Source: Callorhinchus milii
Taxonomy: Eukaryota
Assembly: GCF_018977255.1 (NCBI RefSeq)
Contig: NW_024704743.1
Span: 114,268,001-114,332,000 of the forward strand
DNA length: 64,000 nucleotides
Direction of reading: 5' to 3'
The notes under the pieces were generated by a model. That model ran no database searches. It saw nothing but the letters and a program-made list of their open reading frames with translations, and was not told the origin of the DNA. A program made the position numbers and the translations under genes. This document shows positions 11,365 through 25,049 of the stretch, one piece after another (the first letter of the stretch is position 1; the number at the start of each line of letters is the position of its first letter).

Positions 11365-11580
11365 AGTTCACCCTCTGCTGAAGGACTCTTACTGGGGTAC
11401 AATCTATGGGCTCTGGTAGCCTGCTGGTACCCGCCCATGTTTTATTGTCCATTGAACTGTCCATGTTTTAAGGGTGAGAGACAGACCATGGGTATTGGCA
11501 GACTGTGTAGATATGGTTCATGATGGCTGAGCTTGATGACCTCACCCAGATGTCCATTCACACACATTCCAGCAGCCATG
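11365..11580 (-). mobile_element. Old SINE family C, 3' part
   Basis: ctgaagg...ctggggtac...ctcacccagatgtcc...cacacattccagcag; similar to 22365-22590. Confidence 0.5.
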
Positions 11581-11921
11581 AGCAGGTCCAACCTGGCCTG
11601 CCTGGCACATTGGCAGGATTTTTAGGAGCTAGGAGTAGGTATTGTTCCTACTCAGCTCTTGTTAACACTGCACGCTGGAGCCCCAACAGATAGGGTGGTC
11701 CTAGCAGGACAAGCACAGGAAGCTTGCCAGACAATGCTCTCAAAAACAAGCTATAAGCTTCGACCTGGTTTAAACTCCAGCAGTACTCCAAAACATATTC
11801 TGGGATCCCCAAGCCTTAGCTCTTGCCAACCTGGCATAATCCTCTCCAAAATTAGGTAAACAGGATGCATCCCTCTGGGGAGAGAGAGTGCACTCCATTC
11901 CAGATGTAGGAAAATTTCAAA

Positions 11922-12022
11922 CATGTAGATGTTCTGCATGGAACTCTCAGTCTGGTTTGGATACACTTAAGCATGGTGATGGGTTTCTGCATGTGTCAGA
12001 CACCCAGCTGACCAAAAGAAAA
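11922..12022 (+). mobile_element. Poly(A)-tailed retroposon 3' end, copy 2
   Basis: Same motif as 850-952. Confidence 0.7.
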
Positions 12023-12667
12023 GCCTCGAAACAATACTAAATTACATCTGTATTACGCCTTTCATGTCAGGAGGACATCCCAAGGCTCTGTAGGTAGACA
12101 AGGAGCTATGCTGGCTGTTAGCTCAATTGCACACTGTCCAATGCATTTATTCATTGAGTCGAGGAGGAACCAAGAATCAGCCACAATGCGACTTCTGAAG
12201 ACCAAGATAGTTAAAATAATCCCCTGTATCAAACTGGTGGTGATGTAAACCAGAGCTACTTCAGAACATATGAATATTTATACTGTATACCCATCAGTAT
12301 AATTTTACCATTAGAGTGTACACTAACACTCCAGCTAGCCAGACTGATGGGGGAAATCTGGTCCAACGAGCTGGAATTTCTGGCTAAGTGTAATTACAAA
12401 GCCAGCATCATTGCTGAAAAATGGCAGTAAATGCAGGTAACGGCACTGTTTTTCTCAAAGTTGATATCCCTGGCAGGCAAAGGAAGGACAGTGAGGCAGA
12501 GCATGTGCTAGGAGGGTGGCCTGCGGGAATTTTTTTTAAAAAATTCTGTTTCGATCCCGGTCCGGCTAGGTATGAATTCCAGATACCTGGAGACTGGTAA
12601 CCCGGGAGTTTAACTGTGCTTCGTTTGTACTTTTCCCAAAATGTACTCTATTTTACAGCATTAAACC

Positions 12668-12899
12668 GGGCATCCACTTGGCTGAGTTGGTGGTACAGTT
12701 GTGAGTTCAACCCATGTTGAAACTTTATGCTCACAGCCCAGTTGACATACGGTGTCTGGGGAGCACTGCATAGTTGGAGGGGCCTTGTTTCAGATGAGGC
12801 ATTAGCTGAGGTCCTATCTGCCTTGTTCAGGTGGATGTTTAAAATCTAATGGCATTATTTGAAAAGAAAAGGGAGTTTCTGCCTGTGTGCTGGCCAACG
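12668..12899 (+). mobile_element. Deu-domain SINE, 5' part
   Basis: tggctgagttgg A box; tcagatgagg...gttcaggtggatg...gaaaagggagtt Deu core. Confidence 0.8.
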
Positions 12900-13243
12900 A
12901 AAATGTGCGTCTCACCTTGTGTGACAATGTGATTCTCTGACAAGATCACCCCATCGCTGACAGCCCCCACCCCACCCGCTGCACCCCACCACCCTCTTCC
13001 GACAGTCCCTAGAACTCAGGTGTGTAACCCTTTTAAATACAGGAATTCCTGCCCAGTCATTGGAAAGTGTTCCCATGAAACGGGAATTTGTCTACAGTTT
13101 GTCTGATTGGTGACCTGCCAAAGGATCCACATCCATCATGCCCAGTCACTGGTATCTGGGGGGGGGGTGGGTGGAAGTAACAAAGGTTGGTGCTCGACTT
13201 TTTATTAATCTTTTTAAATTCATGCATTGACCCACTTGTCATC

Positions 13244-13265
13244 GTGTGTGTGTGTGTGTGTGTGT
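13244..13265. repeat. (TG)n microsatellite
   Basis: Direct inspection. Confidence 0.95.
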
Positions 13266-13363
13266 ATAGTTGTGGGAGAGGAAGGATACTGACTACCATC
13301 TGATAGAGCGTCTGCAGCTCAGTCTCTGCATTTAACCGGCATTTAAAATAAGCAAATAGGATC

Positions 13364-13798
13364 AATAATAATCTTTGTATTTGATAGTGCTTACTATGTA
13401 GTCAATAGATATCAAAGTGCTTCACAGGATATACTGTGAAGTGTAGAGAATATTTTCTGTAGGTGAATGCAGCAGCCAAAGTGCAACGGTAATGTTCATA
13501 AACAGCCACTGGCGAATGACAATTTTAACTGGAGGATTGTTGGCCAGGACACCCAGTAGAAACTCCCTTCACTTTTTGAATAGTGCACGGGATCCATCCA
13601 AACAGACAGACAAACAGCCAAGGCAGTGAACAGGCAGAGATGCCAAGGTTGAAGGTCTGACCTGAAGTATAACTCCTTTGACAATACAGTGCTGTTCCCA
13701 GCACCGTATTGGAGTATCAACCTGGACTGTGAGTTCAAAATTCCGACACGGAGCTTGAACCCACATCCTTTGGAGGCGAGAATGCTACCAACTGACAC
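13364..13798 (-). mobile_element. Deu-domain SINE, near full length
   Basis: tRNA-like head, Deu core and L2-type tail. Confidence 0.9.
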
Positions 13799-14655
13799 AT
13801 AGATAATAAATAATAATCCTTGCATTTAATATGGCGCTTTTCACATCTGGAGGACATTTCAAAGAACGTCACAGGATTTACTGTAAGGTACACTGACTGT
13901 GGATTTTCCCGTGCAAGGCAACAACTGAACACATTGTTTGAGTAGTATGCCACTACCGCTGACTCCACACACCTGTGAAAACAAAAGCCCAAACCTGGCA
14001 TTATTGTTTTCATTTTGAAGAAGCTGCGAAGGGTGTTGATAAGAGAAATTGATAACATTAAGGATTAACAGGATGGATTGGAGGTGTAAAAATCAATATG
14101 TTTGAGTGCTTTGATCAATAGCAGTACAAATTGTCAAACCATCAGAACACAATGCAGCAGGAAATGTTAGCTTTGAATAGAGGCAGGTGGAGATGGCAGT
14201 GGAATTCTTCTTGGTTTACTTAGTGCTTAATTTCACTGCCTTATTCTGCTGAGAGACCAGTCTGCATCTTGCCCAATGACCATAAGCAAAATAATCCCAG
14301 TTTGTGGTCTTCATCATTGCTGTTAGTGTCTGTCATTGTTAGTGTGGATGCTGTCACTGTTGTTATGGAGGATGCAGCTGACGGGCATTACCGTGCCGCT
14401 CTTGACGGGTTAACATTCAAACATAATATAACTGGGAGAATTGCTATGAGAAAGTTAACATTCCTGATCTTACACAACTTGCCATAAAATAAATGGTCGC
14501 CAATTATTTCTCCCATTTGCAGTACTCACCAGTCCTGCTGTACTCATGATGTTGGGCATCAAACATCTCTGAGCAATTCACTATCAAGCCGTATGTTCAG
14601 CCATTGACAGAATGATTTCTGTGCTGCCTAAATCCTGAAGCAAATATTAATAAAC

Positions 14656-15071
14656 AATAATAATCTCTGCATTTGGTACAGAACCTTTTACAACAGGAGG
14701 ACATCTCAAAGCACTTTACGGGATATACTGAAAAATGTAGTGACTGTATTTTGTTTACAAGCACAGCAGTCAATTTGCCACAGCAAAATCCACAAACAGC
14801 CATAAAGTGATGCCCATTATATTTGGGGGTTATTGACCAGGACACCGGGAGAAACAACCCATCTCTTTTCTAACAGTGCCACAGGATCTTTAACATCCAC
14901 CTGAGCAGGCAGATAGAACCACAGTTTAACAACTCATCCAAAGGATAGCACCTTCGACAAATCAGCGCTTCCCCAGCACTGCATTGGAGTGTCAAAGTCC
15001 AACTTGGGGCTTGATTGCACAACCTTTTAACTCAAGAGGCTAGAGTACTACTAACTGAACCAGGCTGACAC
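14656..15071 (-). mobile_element. Deu-domain SINE, full length
   Basis: gtgtcagcctggttcagttag head; ggatctttaacatccacctgag core; tail. Confidence 0.9.
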
Positions 15072-15990
15072 ATTATAGTGGTGAACTTACTTTCAGCTGT
15101 TAATTGATGTTCTCTAGAAAATGGCAATCTCTGGTATCTAATTATTGTTGTTCAGAAGGAAAAGATAAGAAAAATCCAAAAAGAGTGTTCATAAATCATG
15201 CCGTCCACTTTTTCTAAACCATTAGTACAATCTGATTAAGCTGCCCATGTTCAAAACAATCCTCGTCAAGCATTGTGGCTTTTTATTAGTCGCGCACATT
15301 CAGCCATTGATATAATAATTCCGAGGAGGATCCAGTGTAGCCTGCGCATTTGTTATTCAAGCTAAATCTCCCCATCCAGTCAGGAATGCACAGGAAAGGT
15401 AAATCTATGAGGAGCTACAGATAACTGGTAAACAACTGGGAAACTCTGCTCCTACTATTTTATGGCCGTTCCCCAGCTACAGAACTCAGCAACAGCAGCT
15501 CAGAACTAACCTTAAGAACAATGGACCTTCATGGCTGTGGAATTTGACACACGTTTCTTCTTAGTAGCCTGAAACAAAGTTCTTAGACGGCAAATCAATG
15601 CCATTTGGATTGTCGCCGGCAACTTTTCTTGTTAATAGGGATTTAAAGGTGGCAGGTCGTCAGCAAGAAAATAAATGTCCTTTGTGAATGGGATTGCCCC
15701 GGAATAATAATCCACAGGCATCCCGTGAGACGAATGTGGAAGATGGCTATCTGAGGAATTTCTCCCATCCCTAATGAGTTGTAGGTGAGCTCTGGCCCAT
15801 TCTGTCTGTGACCCTTATCAGCACAGCCAGTAAATGCGGCAGCTAAAGGCAAAACATTCCTCTGCTCTGATTTCACTTATTAGTGATTTTACATGCCCCC
15901 TCTTCAAAATTTAAATACATCCCTCATTCCAGGTGTATCAAGCGCTCCGAGTCACTGACCTGCCTGAAGGGCGCTGTGAAGGGCACTACA

Positions 15991-16349
15991 GGAGTCCTGT
16001 AGTGTAGTGGTTAGCATGCTCGCTTTGCAAGCAAGAGCACCCGGGTTCAATTCTCAGGTAGGGCGAAACCTTAGGCAAGTTTCCTTACTCTACATGCCGC
16101 TGATTACCTCATAGTACGTAGGATCCCAGTTGTTTGGCGGATCGCTTTCTGGGGGCAATAATCTCTCCCCCATGCCACCTCCCACCACCGGAAAAAATAG
16201 TGTTCATTCACTTCATGACTGTTTGTCGGACACTGCCTCGTGCTGCCCACAAAATACAGTCAATCTACTTTACAATATATTCTGTGAAGTGTTTGAGAGG
16301 TCTCAACAATGGAATAAGGCTATATATCAATGCAAGGATTATTATTATT
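15991..16349 (+). mobile_element. SINE-A, full length, long variant
   Basis: Head ggagtcctgtag, central segment and tail gcaaggattattattatt. Confidence 0.9.
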
Positions 16350-18444
16350 CTACAAATACAAGTTGTTGTATGTAAACTTATTATCCTGTTTGTCTTTCAC
16401 TGCACAGAACAATTGCACTGTACTTCAAATCAGTGGTAGGAATTGTCTTGGCTCTTTTCTTCTGGCACTCGCTCCTTTTTACAACTATTGTGAATTTGAT
16501 GCATTAATTAACAGCGCTACAATGTCAGAGCCCGATTTAATTCGCACAATGTGAATGTCAGCAAAGCTTAGCAGCTATTAAGTACGAGTCAAGTTACTGC
16601 ATACAACATATGCCTGGAGGTAGTGGAACAAATAGATATGGTTAAATAAAATGTTACCACAGTTTACATAAGAAATGCTTGTATTCATGAACTATATTCC
16701 CACAAACTACTAATAAAGACAAGTCATTCAATACACATTTAAAATTAAACTAAACAGTGTCAGAGACCACACAGTGCTTTACTGATAGGGATTTTTTTTT
16801 ATTCTCCTGGTTTTGATCAGCTTAACAGTATTAACATTGTAAAAAACCTTGGGAGATTTCCTCCGGATTCACAAGAACCAGGCACTGGCACTGACTTTAC
16901 CGCTGAAGAATGTTTCATTAATAAAAAAATATAATTCAGTTCTGAGCCGAGAGATACAGCCAGGCCAGGCTTATACAATCAGACAAGTATCCGCAGTGCG
17001 TTGGCTGTAAAAATAAAGGATGTCATTCAAGGTAATGTTTACCATCTGAACCGCAGCTCACTCCCAAGTGGGTACCAGGTTGATAGAGTCAAGCGAACAT
17101 TTCTCAATTGTTGAAAAAATACCTTTTTTAAAAAGTGTAAGAAAAGGAACAATATGTTCTGAGTTCTCTGCTGGACTAACATTTTATTCTTCGGAACAAA
17201 CAAGAATTGGATGCATTTCAGGTTGTTTCAAGTCCTCTTCTCAGCTGCATTTAGCTGGCCAAATATTGTACTGAATCCAGGCTCAGAATCCAGACGGGAT
17301 TCATCTTAAAACAAAATGCACCTCTAATACAGACACTTTCAGGTTCATAGTTCTCCCGTTACTTAATAATAAACCTTGTATTTGATCCTTATTCATCCTT
17401 TACTTTGGGCTCATTTAAAAAGAATTGGAAACTGTTGTTTCGAGAATGATTTAGAAGGATTTTTTGGTGCAATTTTTTAAATATATAAACAGAACTTTTT
17501 TGTATTAAAATATTTACAATTCACTTGAATGAGCGTCTCTACCCAATTCACCCAGAGGGTGAATAAGAGTATTAAAGAATGGGAGGGTGCTGGTCAGAGG
17601 ACAAGAAAATCGTGAATTAGGAAGTAATTAAGCTGCAATTTATCTCCTTAAAGTAATAGCAACTAGCGTTCATGGAGCCAGACAAAAACAAACAGCTTCT
17701 GAAAAGAAATGGAGCATTTCATGACATCGGTTGGCAGTTGCATGGTGATTCCACAGTGCAGAGCTAGGCTGACAGGATTCCCCCCATTGCCAACAACTAC
17801 ATAGTGAAATGCTCCACTTTGATTCACAGCTGCAGCCTCACAGGCATAGATAGACACACACAGTCCGCACAACAGAGAAACTCTCCTACCTTTTTCAGCT
17901 GCCCCCAGACAACATCTAGTGCAAACTTTAGCTGTTGAAAAGAATACTTCAGATGCTGCCAAACATGGCTGTGCTGTTCTGCTCCTCACAGTGTGCCTGC
18001 CTGCCCTGTGACGAACGGTATTGGACTGCCTTGAAATACAGCTGTTTCTGCAAGCCTCTTTTGTAGTGCTCTCCTGACTCCCAGCCAGCCCTCCTTCACT
18101 CAGGATGTGCTTGCATATGCATGAACACAGAGTACAAGCAAGCCATCCTTTTTCCTCATCTTTTATCCCACTGCTAGGCTGCACTCGTGGCTGGATTTGA
18201 GCTGTTTTCTTTCAGAAGTCCTTTAATTAGCGCCAATTGTTCTCAATCTGCCAGTCCAAGGCACAGAAGACTTCAGCAATCTAACTTTGCAACTGAATCA
18301 ATCAACAAACTCCAGTAGTGTGGAGGGGGTCAGGCAGGGATGCTAATATGCTGTTTGATCGCCTCCTGGTTACAAAATACAAGGTAAAAAAACACACAGA
18401 TGTTCAGGATCATTTTTCTCATGAAGTTCTCTCAATATTAAATG

Positions 18445-18558
18445 ATAATAATAATCCTTGCATTTGATGCAATGCCTTATTATGTCTTTGAGACGTCTCA
18501 AAGCGCTTCACAGAATACACTGTAAAGTGAATTGACTGTATATTTTGTGGATGAAACG
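18445..18558 (-). mobile_element. SINE-A 3' fragment
   Basis: Tail and cagtcaattcactttacag segment only. Confidence 0.85.
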
Positions 18559-19610
18559 TAAATTCCCATTTCTCTCTCTCTCCTGCACAGATGTTAGCTA
18601 GTTCAGTCCATAGTGAGGGAACAAGGCAGCTTATAAACCTGGGTACATGCGGTGACACGCTTTGCAGAGTGTTACACAGACTGTCAGACTGGTACAGTTG
18701 TCAAGGTCCACCGCTTCATCGTTCCAGGGGGAAGAGCCACCCTTATTTATTCATAAATACTTACAACAACAGTCTAACACTAACACAGTGCCTTTCCCAC
18801 AGCACGAGAGCTTCAGAGGCAGTCACAAACACTAGGTGTTTTTGTTCAGGTGCCGCGTCCAAAAAAAAGCAACGCAGGAAAGCAATACAGAGCGATGGAA
18901 TTCAAAAAATGTGTTACATATTATCTGATCACACCACACTGATACCCCGTGAAATCCCAGTTATGAAGTTACCCTGAGAGGTCTGAACAAACACATAGGG
19001 CAATTAGCGAGTTTACAGGAAGCACATCCTTTCGGTTCGTGTGTCATTAATAAAGGCACCTCTTATCAGCTCAACACCTTTCATCACCTGGTAATGAGAA
19101 CAGCTTTTGTTCACCTTAATTTGATAAATTACACAGAAACACAGAAAGAGAGGGAGAGAGAGAGACAGACAGTGAAAAGGTTCACTGTTTGCTATGTAGA
19201 CTTGCCTATTGACTGCTCTCAATTGACCGAAACTCCATCAGATAACAGACGAGCCTTGCCTCCTGTAAGCACACTGGAAGAGTTCAGAACTGCCTCTGGC
19301 CATGAATACACACGAGGCCTCTGAGTGGTCATGTCCCATATTAAATTTTAATATCCGCTGATGACCTTCAGAGGCCATAACAGATCAATACAAGTCAAAG
19401 GAAACCCTAAGTGAAATATAAGGGACTGTTAAACAAATCAGTACCATTAACAATGAACATAAACAAACCAGAAATCACTGATACAAACCATTTTAACCAT
19501 TCGATCGCAGGGCATGTTTGCTCTATACTGTCTTTCACAGCATTTTGACCCTTCCAATTATTTTTACAATATATTCTGTGAAGCATTTTGAGATATCTCA
19601 ACGATGTGAT

Positions 19611-20630
19611 AACAACAACAACAAAATTACATTTGTAAAGCGCCTTTCACGTCAGGAGGGCCAAGGCTCTGGACAGTCAGAGTTACAGACCCGAGCTGGG
19701 GTTCGGGGTCGGAGAGGGTGGAGGGCAGGGTGGGAAGCAAGGGGATCAAAAGCACGGTCGAAGAGGAGGACAGGGAGAGGTTAACGATGTCAGTGAGTAG
19801 AGGAGCAAGGAGGTGAAGCTGGGAGGTAAGGAGAGGGGTAGGGATGAGGTCGAGGGAGCAGGTGGTCGGTTTCATACGGGTTATGATGGTGATGAGATGA
19901 GGGGGAGACAGGTTCAAAGATGTGGAGGGAAGGATGGGTAGGGGCCAGGGTGGGAGGAGGAGACGGAGAAGGGGTAGCAGATGCAGAGGCAGAGGCAGCT
20001 GAGCGGATTCTCTCGACTTTGGATTCAAGGAAGTCCAGCATCACCTCACAGTTGGCATTTGAGGTGAGGATGGATGAGGCATGAGAGGGTGTGCAGAGGA
20101 GCTGGTTTGTGATGGAGAAGAGGAACCTGGGGTTGTCCTTAGCCTCCAAAATTGTCTTGGATTAGAACGACGATTTAGTGGAGGCAAGGGCGGAGTGGTA
20201 GGATTTGATAAGGTCCAGCCAGATCTGCCGATGGACAGTTAGGTTTGATTTAAGCCAGGTGCGCTCAGCGGAATGCGCCTGTGCTTTAAGGAAGCGGAGG
20301 TGGCTGGTGTACCAAGGTGATTTACATGAATAGGAAATGGTTCGGGAAGAGAGGGGAGTGAGAAAATCGAGAGTGGAGGAGAGGGAGTTGTGTAGAAGAG
20401 TGACCGAGAAGAATAGGTCATTGCGGGAGAACACCCAGTGGGAAAGGAGTTCAGATGACTCCAAAGCAGCCGAGAGGGAGGCGGGGAAGATTCTTTTCCA
20501 GGGACGGTAGGAGATAGAGGTGGGTTGGGTGGCGGTTGGGAGAGGGATTCAGGAGTTAAGGGAGATGAAGTGATGGTCTGAGATCGATTTGTCGATGATG
20601 GTGAGGTCCGAGACGGTGAGACCCCGAGTG
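19611..20630 (-). mobile_element. L2 fragment, internally deleted (RT domain missing)
   Basis: ORFs 20162-20464 (SPWYT...RQIW), 19790-20149 (NPRFLFS) and 19627-20028 (TCSLDLIPT) joined to the 3' tail near 19770. Confidence 0.9.
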
Positions 20631-20819
20631 TATAGGAACCCAGTTGTTAGTTGATTGGCGGATCGCTTTTCTGGGGGTAATAAATCCTTCTAAAAAAATA
20701 ATAATTTGGTTACTCAATCCACAACTGTTTGAGGGACACTGCTGTGTGCAATCCTGACAATTTTACCCTCCATAGCCCAGGGGCACTGACCCCAATGCTG
20801 ACCCAGCTGAGATGACATT

Positions 20820-20970
20820 GCATAGATTACATAGGCTGTACCACACCAAAACAGGCTATTCGTCCCAACTGGTTTATGCCGGTGTTTATACTCCACATGA
20901 GCCTCTACCCCTCCTAATGCCCCGCTCCCTAGCCTCCTCCAATACAACTATATTCCCGTCTCCCTCATTT
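20820..20970 (-). mobile_element. CR1 3'UTR fragment
   Basis: aaacaggctattcgtcccaactggtttatgccggtgtttatactccac; matches the 58236 copy. Confidence 0.75.
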
Positions 20971-21671
20971 ATGCAATAATATAACAGAGGCCAGTGACTG
21001 AACTTGCGACCTCTCTAAATGGTTCAGTTGCACACTGAGCAATGTCGGAATTTACTGTTTCAAAAGAGTAGTGTAAGATGCTATGTTAGTTTATAAAATA
21101 GTGTCACCTCTGCACCAAAAGCCCTAGTCACCAAAGAAAATGTGTCCCAGAGTTCAGAGTGTACATGATTAAATAACAGCTCTCCTGCAGAGATGTCAGG
21201 GCTGTGATCCTATCTCAGGGCTTCGCTCCTGTGGTTATGATGGAGCTTCTAATCACTGCCAGGTATTGTTATTCTTTCTTTAGTTGAGTAAAATAAAGGT
21301 TTGCTATCATATATAAAGCTGACTCTCAGGACAAGATTTCCTGCAGGTAGGCCAGGAAATGCACTTGGCTTTTTCCACCTTGAGAGAAATAATGAACCTT
21401 AGGAAGCTTTCTGTACATATAATTCCATGGAGTTCATTGTATGTTTCGGTATTTAATATTTTCCTACAGTTTTATCTGCAATTTAGTTTTAGTTTAACAA
21501 CTCCTGGCTGTTGTGTATTTCAATACTTATCCTGGCAGGGTGACGTTAGTGCATGGATCCTGACTTACAGTTTATCCAACAGCCACCAAAACTGATTCTT
21601 TATAATTAACTTCAGAACAATATGAGGTTAGCCTGTGATGAGTTAATCTCAGTTGGTCAGCCATAGGTCTC

Positions 21672-22085
21672 TGCTGAAGACCTTTCAATTCGACCGCACC
21701 TTTGGCCACCTTCCTCCCCCTCACCCTGGCTCGGCCCTGGGATCCGTTACTGTGAAGTGCTCTGAGACGCCGTCCGGTGTGGAGGGCGCTATATAAATCC
21801 AAGTTGTTGTTGTGGTTGTCCTTTGGACAAGGCATTAAACCAAGGTCCTGGCTGCCTGTGTGGATCTCATTGGCACTATTCAAAAGGAGAAGGCCTACCA
21901 TACTCCAGATAAAATTGATCACTCACTTCATGGCTTATTGTTGGACATTGCTGTGCATAAATTAGCTGCCACGTTCGCCTACATAAATACAGTCACTACA
22001 CTTTACAATAAATCCTGTGAAGCACTTTGAGTGTCCTCCCGACACAAAAGGCACTATATCAAATACAAATATAATTATTACTATT
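21672..22085 (+). mobile_element. L2 3' end (to about 21818) followed by a Deu SINE body and tail
   Basis: gcgctatataaatccaagttgttgttg, then ttaaaccaaggtcc...ttgctgtgcataaattagctgcc. Confidence 0.8.
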
Positions 22086-22364
22086 AGTAATAACTATACT
22101 GCAGCACAAGGCATTGCTCAATGATGTTTTGAATTTTGTATGGTTATGAATTTTCAGGTTTCAAGTTTCAGTGCTGTTCTCCCTGTTACATCAGGAGTTG
22201 GTAATAAATTGCTGAAACCCATTATCAATCCATACATGTTTCCCATTTTATTTCACTCCAATTTCCTCCCCATCTCTCCTGAAGCTACTGATTCATGTCG
22301 GTATAGATCCCAAAGCAGCAACCACATCAGTTATCTCACCTCAGTGACCGTTCTTTATGTGTAA

Positions 22365-22590
22365 TCGCACACACCGAGTGCCAGTAGCTATATTATTTGA
22401 CTAGGGGATTTAACAGAGTTCTTAGTCAAATCTGATCCTGCCTTCAAATGCACAATTTCCAGCAAGAGTCACTGAGGAGTGACCAGAAGAACAATGCTGG
22501 CTGACATCTCCCCCTCCCTAGTCCAGGAGCATTGAAGTTAACTGTAAGCAACCTAACTTGAGTTCAGCTAACTCAAAGTCCAGGATAATC
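22365..22590 (-). mobile_element. Old SINE family C
   Basis: ttccagcaagagtcactg...ccctccctagtccagg...tcagctaactc. Confidence 0.55.
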
Positions 22591-22614
22591 CTTTGTCTAA
22601 TTTTGTTTTAACAA

Positions 22615-23410
22615 ACTCCTACCCCCATATCACCAGTTCTGGCCAGACTCCACTGGGTCCCCATCACCGAACGGATCGACTTCAAGATCCTCACACTCGT
22701 GTTCAAATTGCTTCACCTCCTGGCACCTCCCTACCTTTCAGACCGCCCCACTCCCCAATCCACCACCCGGCGCCTCCACTCAATTGACAACAGCCTCCTG
22801 TATGTCCCCCACACCCTCGTTCCACCATTGGATGTAGTGCTTTCAACCACTAAGCCTCAAAACTTTGGAACACTCTCCCTCTATCCCTCTGCCTTGCCCC
22901 CTCTCTCCCCTTTTTCAAGTCCAGCCTTAAGACCTTCCTTTTTGATTGTGCTTACGATCAACTCCCGCCTCACCAGCCTGGAATCAGGCTCCGCCATTGT
23001 TAAGAGCGGAGCCTGACGCTCAGTTTGCCACATTACATCTGAATTGACAGGGTGAGAATTCACTCCAATCTGTTTCCTTTGGGGCAGGTATTCAATAACA
23101 TCTAGTTTTGCCCACAAGAGAATGCTAACATTGTAACTTCTACCAACTGTAACACAATCCAGGAAATGCATGGCTAAAACAATACAGTTATTGCACTCTA
23201 CAGTGAAACCTCATCACCTCACACTCTACCCCTGAAACCATCTACAGCTGTATTACCCTGGCTGCTCCCTCCAGACAGTTAACAATGAACTGCTTCATGT
23301 CCCCTATCCAATCTGCCCCATCATCAGTGGTTGGAGCTGTCAGCCATTCTGCCCTTGCTCTCTGGATCTCGCTCCTCTCTCCCCACTTTTAAAACTTGCT
23401 TTAAGACCTA
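22615..23410 (+). mobile_element. Two L2 3' fragments (about 22615-23020 and 23215-23410)
   Basis: LHWVPITERIDFKIL...LAPPYLSD and FKSSLKTFLFD motifs. Confidence 0.8.
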
Positions 23411-24454
23411 AACTGGTTTTCCGAGGAACACACGATTCCACAAGAGACTGGTGAGTGATAAATAATTATATTGCGAATGCTGCACTGACGCACATTCAGG
23501 ATTTCACCACAGTCCGGGTATTAACTTCTCAATCCTCAAATACATTCCTTGTGTTACGATCTTGAGTTGAGTGCTGCAGTTCTGACGCATTTGTTTTAGG
23601 TCCAAGTACCAATAAATTAATCTTGCCCCAACATGATTATATCTGTCCAAGAATGAGATACAGATGGCTATTTTAATCACTGCTGTGTGGGACTAATAGT
23701 TGTAACCTTTCTTTACTAGACGAACAAGATTTTTAGGTTTGAAACTAAACACTGAGCTGGATTTAGCTTGTAACTTTGGGATGATGTCCAAAAGTATCTG
23801 AAGTTTGTTCGTCTGCAAATACACAGTTGCTACATTTTCAGTAAAACTCTGTGAAGCAGTGGCGTAGCTAGAAATGGAAATTTGGGTGGGCACCAACTTA
23901 TGTGTACACACAATGAACAAATTTCCATTTCGAGCTATCCCACTGTTATATTTCGCACTCCAACTCTCTTCCCATCGCTTTCTGGACTGCCTCATACCTT
24001 CTGCTCTGTGCTGAGGATGGGAGGTATAAGGTAGCCCAGAGGTTGACAAGTGGACCTCTTTGCGAATTGGGTGGGTCTCAGCCAATTCTGCAAGGATGAT
24101 TATTATGATGTGATTTTTACTGAAATAAGATAGGCTGCAAATGTTCGAACTGTAATGTGAGCAGACAGGTGGAGATTCACAGCTGGTGAGCTAGCATTAA
24201 GAACATAAGCACAAAAGGCTCCTTCGATACCTGGACAAATGCTCCCTTATCATGGACCCCCCTACCGCCTGCTCCATCACTCCGACTTACTGCCTCACTG
24301 CGGAAAAATATTACGTCCAGATATCCAAAGGCAATACAGAGAAAGCTCTGAAATATGCCTTTATCTTCACATTGCCTACACTCGTTCTCCTTACTCAGGA
24401 GTTAAGTGCAGAGCGGAGCAAAGAGAATGATCCCGAATGTTAGAGGAATGAGCT

Positions 24455-24808
24455 ATTGGCAGTGATTATACATGAAAAGAGGTTTCTCAAAAGGGATCTT
24501 ACAAAGGTACGTAAGATTCTAAATGAGATTGAGAAAGTAAACACAGAACAATATGTTCAGATGTGCCAAGAAACCAGAGAAAGAGAACGCAGGTTCAGGG
24601 ATGCAAAAGGAAATTTTACGGCAGAGACAAGAAAGTATTTCCTTACATAGAATGTAACTAACAACTTGAATGGGTTACCAGGAAGGAGGTTGAGTCCTAA
24701 TTCTGGATTCATTTAAGAAATAGCTTAATTCTGTAATGGAAGGATGGTAGGGTGAGTAATCTGGAAGATTGAGATAAAAATTCTTGTCGACTGGTTGTGG
24801 ATCATGTC
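24455..24808 (+). mobile_element. CR1 LINE 3' fragment
   Basis: EKRFLKRDLTKVRKILN...GNFTAETRKYF, decayed CR1 ORF2 C-terminus, plus tail. Confidence 0.75.
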
Positions 24809-25049
24809 ACAGTGGAGCTCCCGTATGTCAGTGTGATGTACCTCTTAGTTGTCGGTTATTAAGTTCTTAAATACTTATTTTGTTTTTAAAAGGCCACTGT
24901 ATCATAAAAGGGGTTATTGTTCTGCTTACTGATGGCTGGGAGTGCAAGCATGAGACCAAAAACGGATGGGCAAGCAAGCACTCAAAGATGGAATGAAGTC
25001 TAAGGCAAATCATTTAAACTTAGTGGATAAGTATTAAATGTACCAGGAT

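Noticed and set aside
14530..14634. 105-nt minus-strand exon with good splice signals
   Set aside because: Stops in all three frames and no supporting neighbouring exons.
17663..18184. 173-aa ORF as a protein-coding gene
   Set aside because: GTG start, an in-frame stop 10 codons upstream and no recognisable domain.
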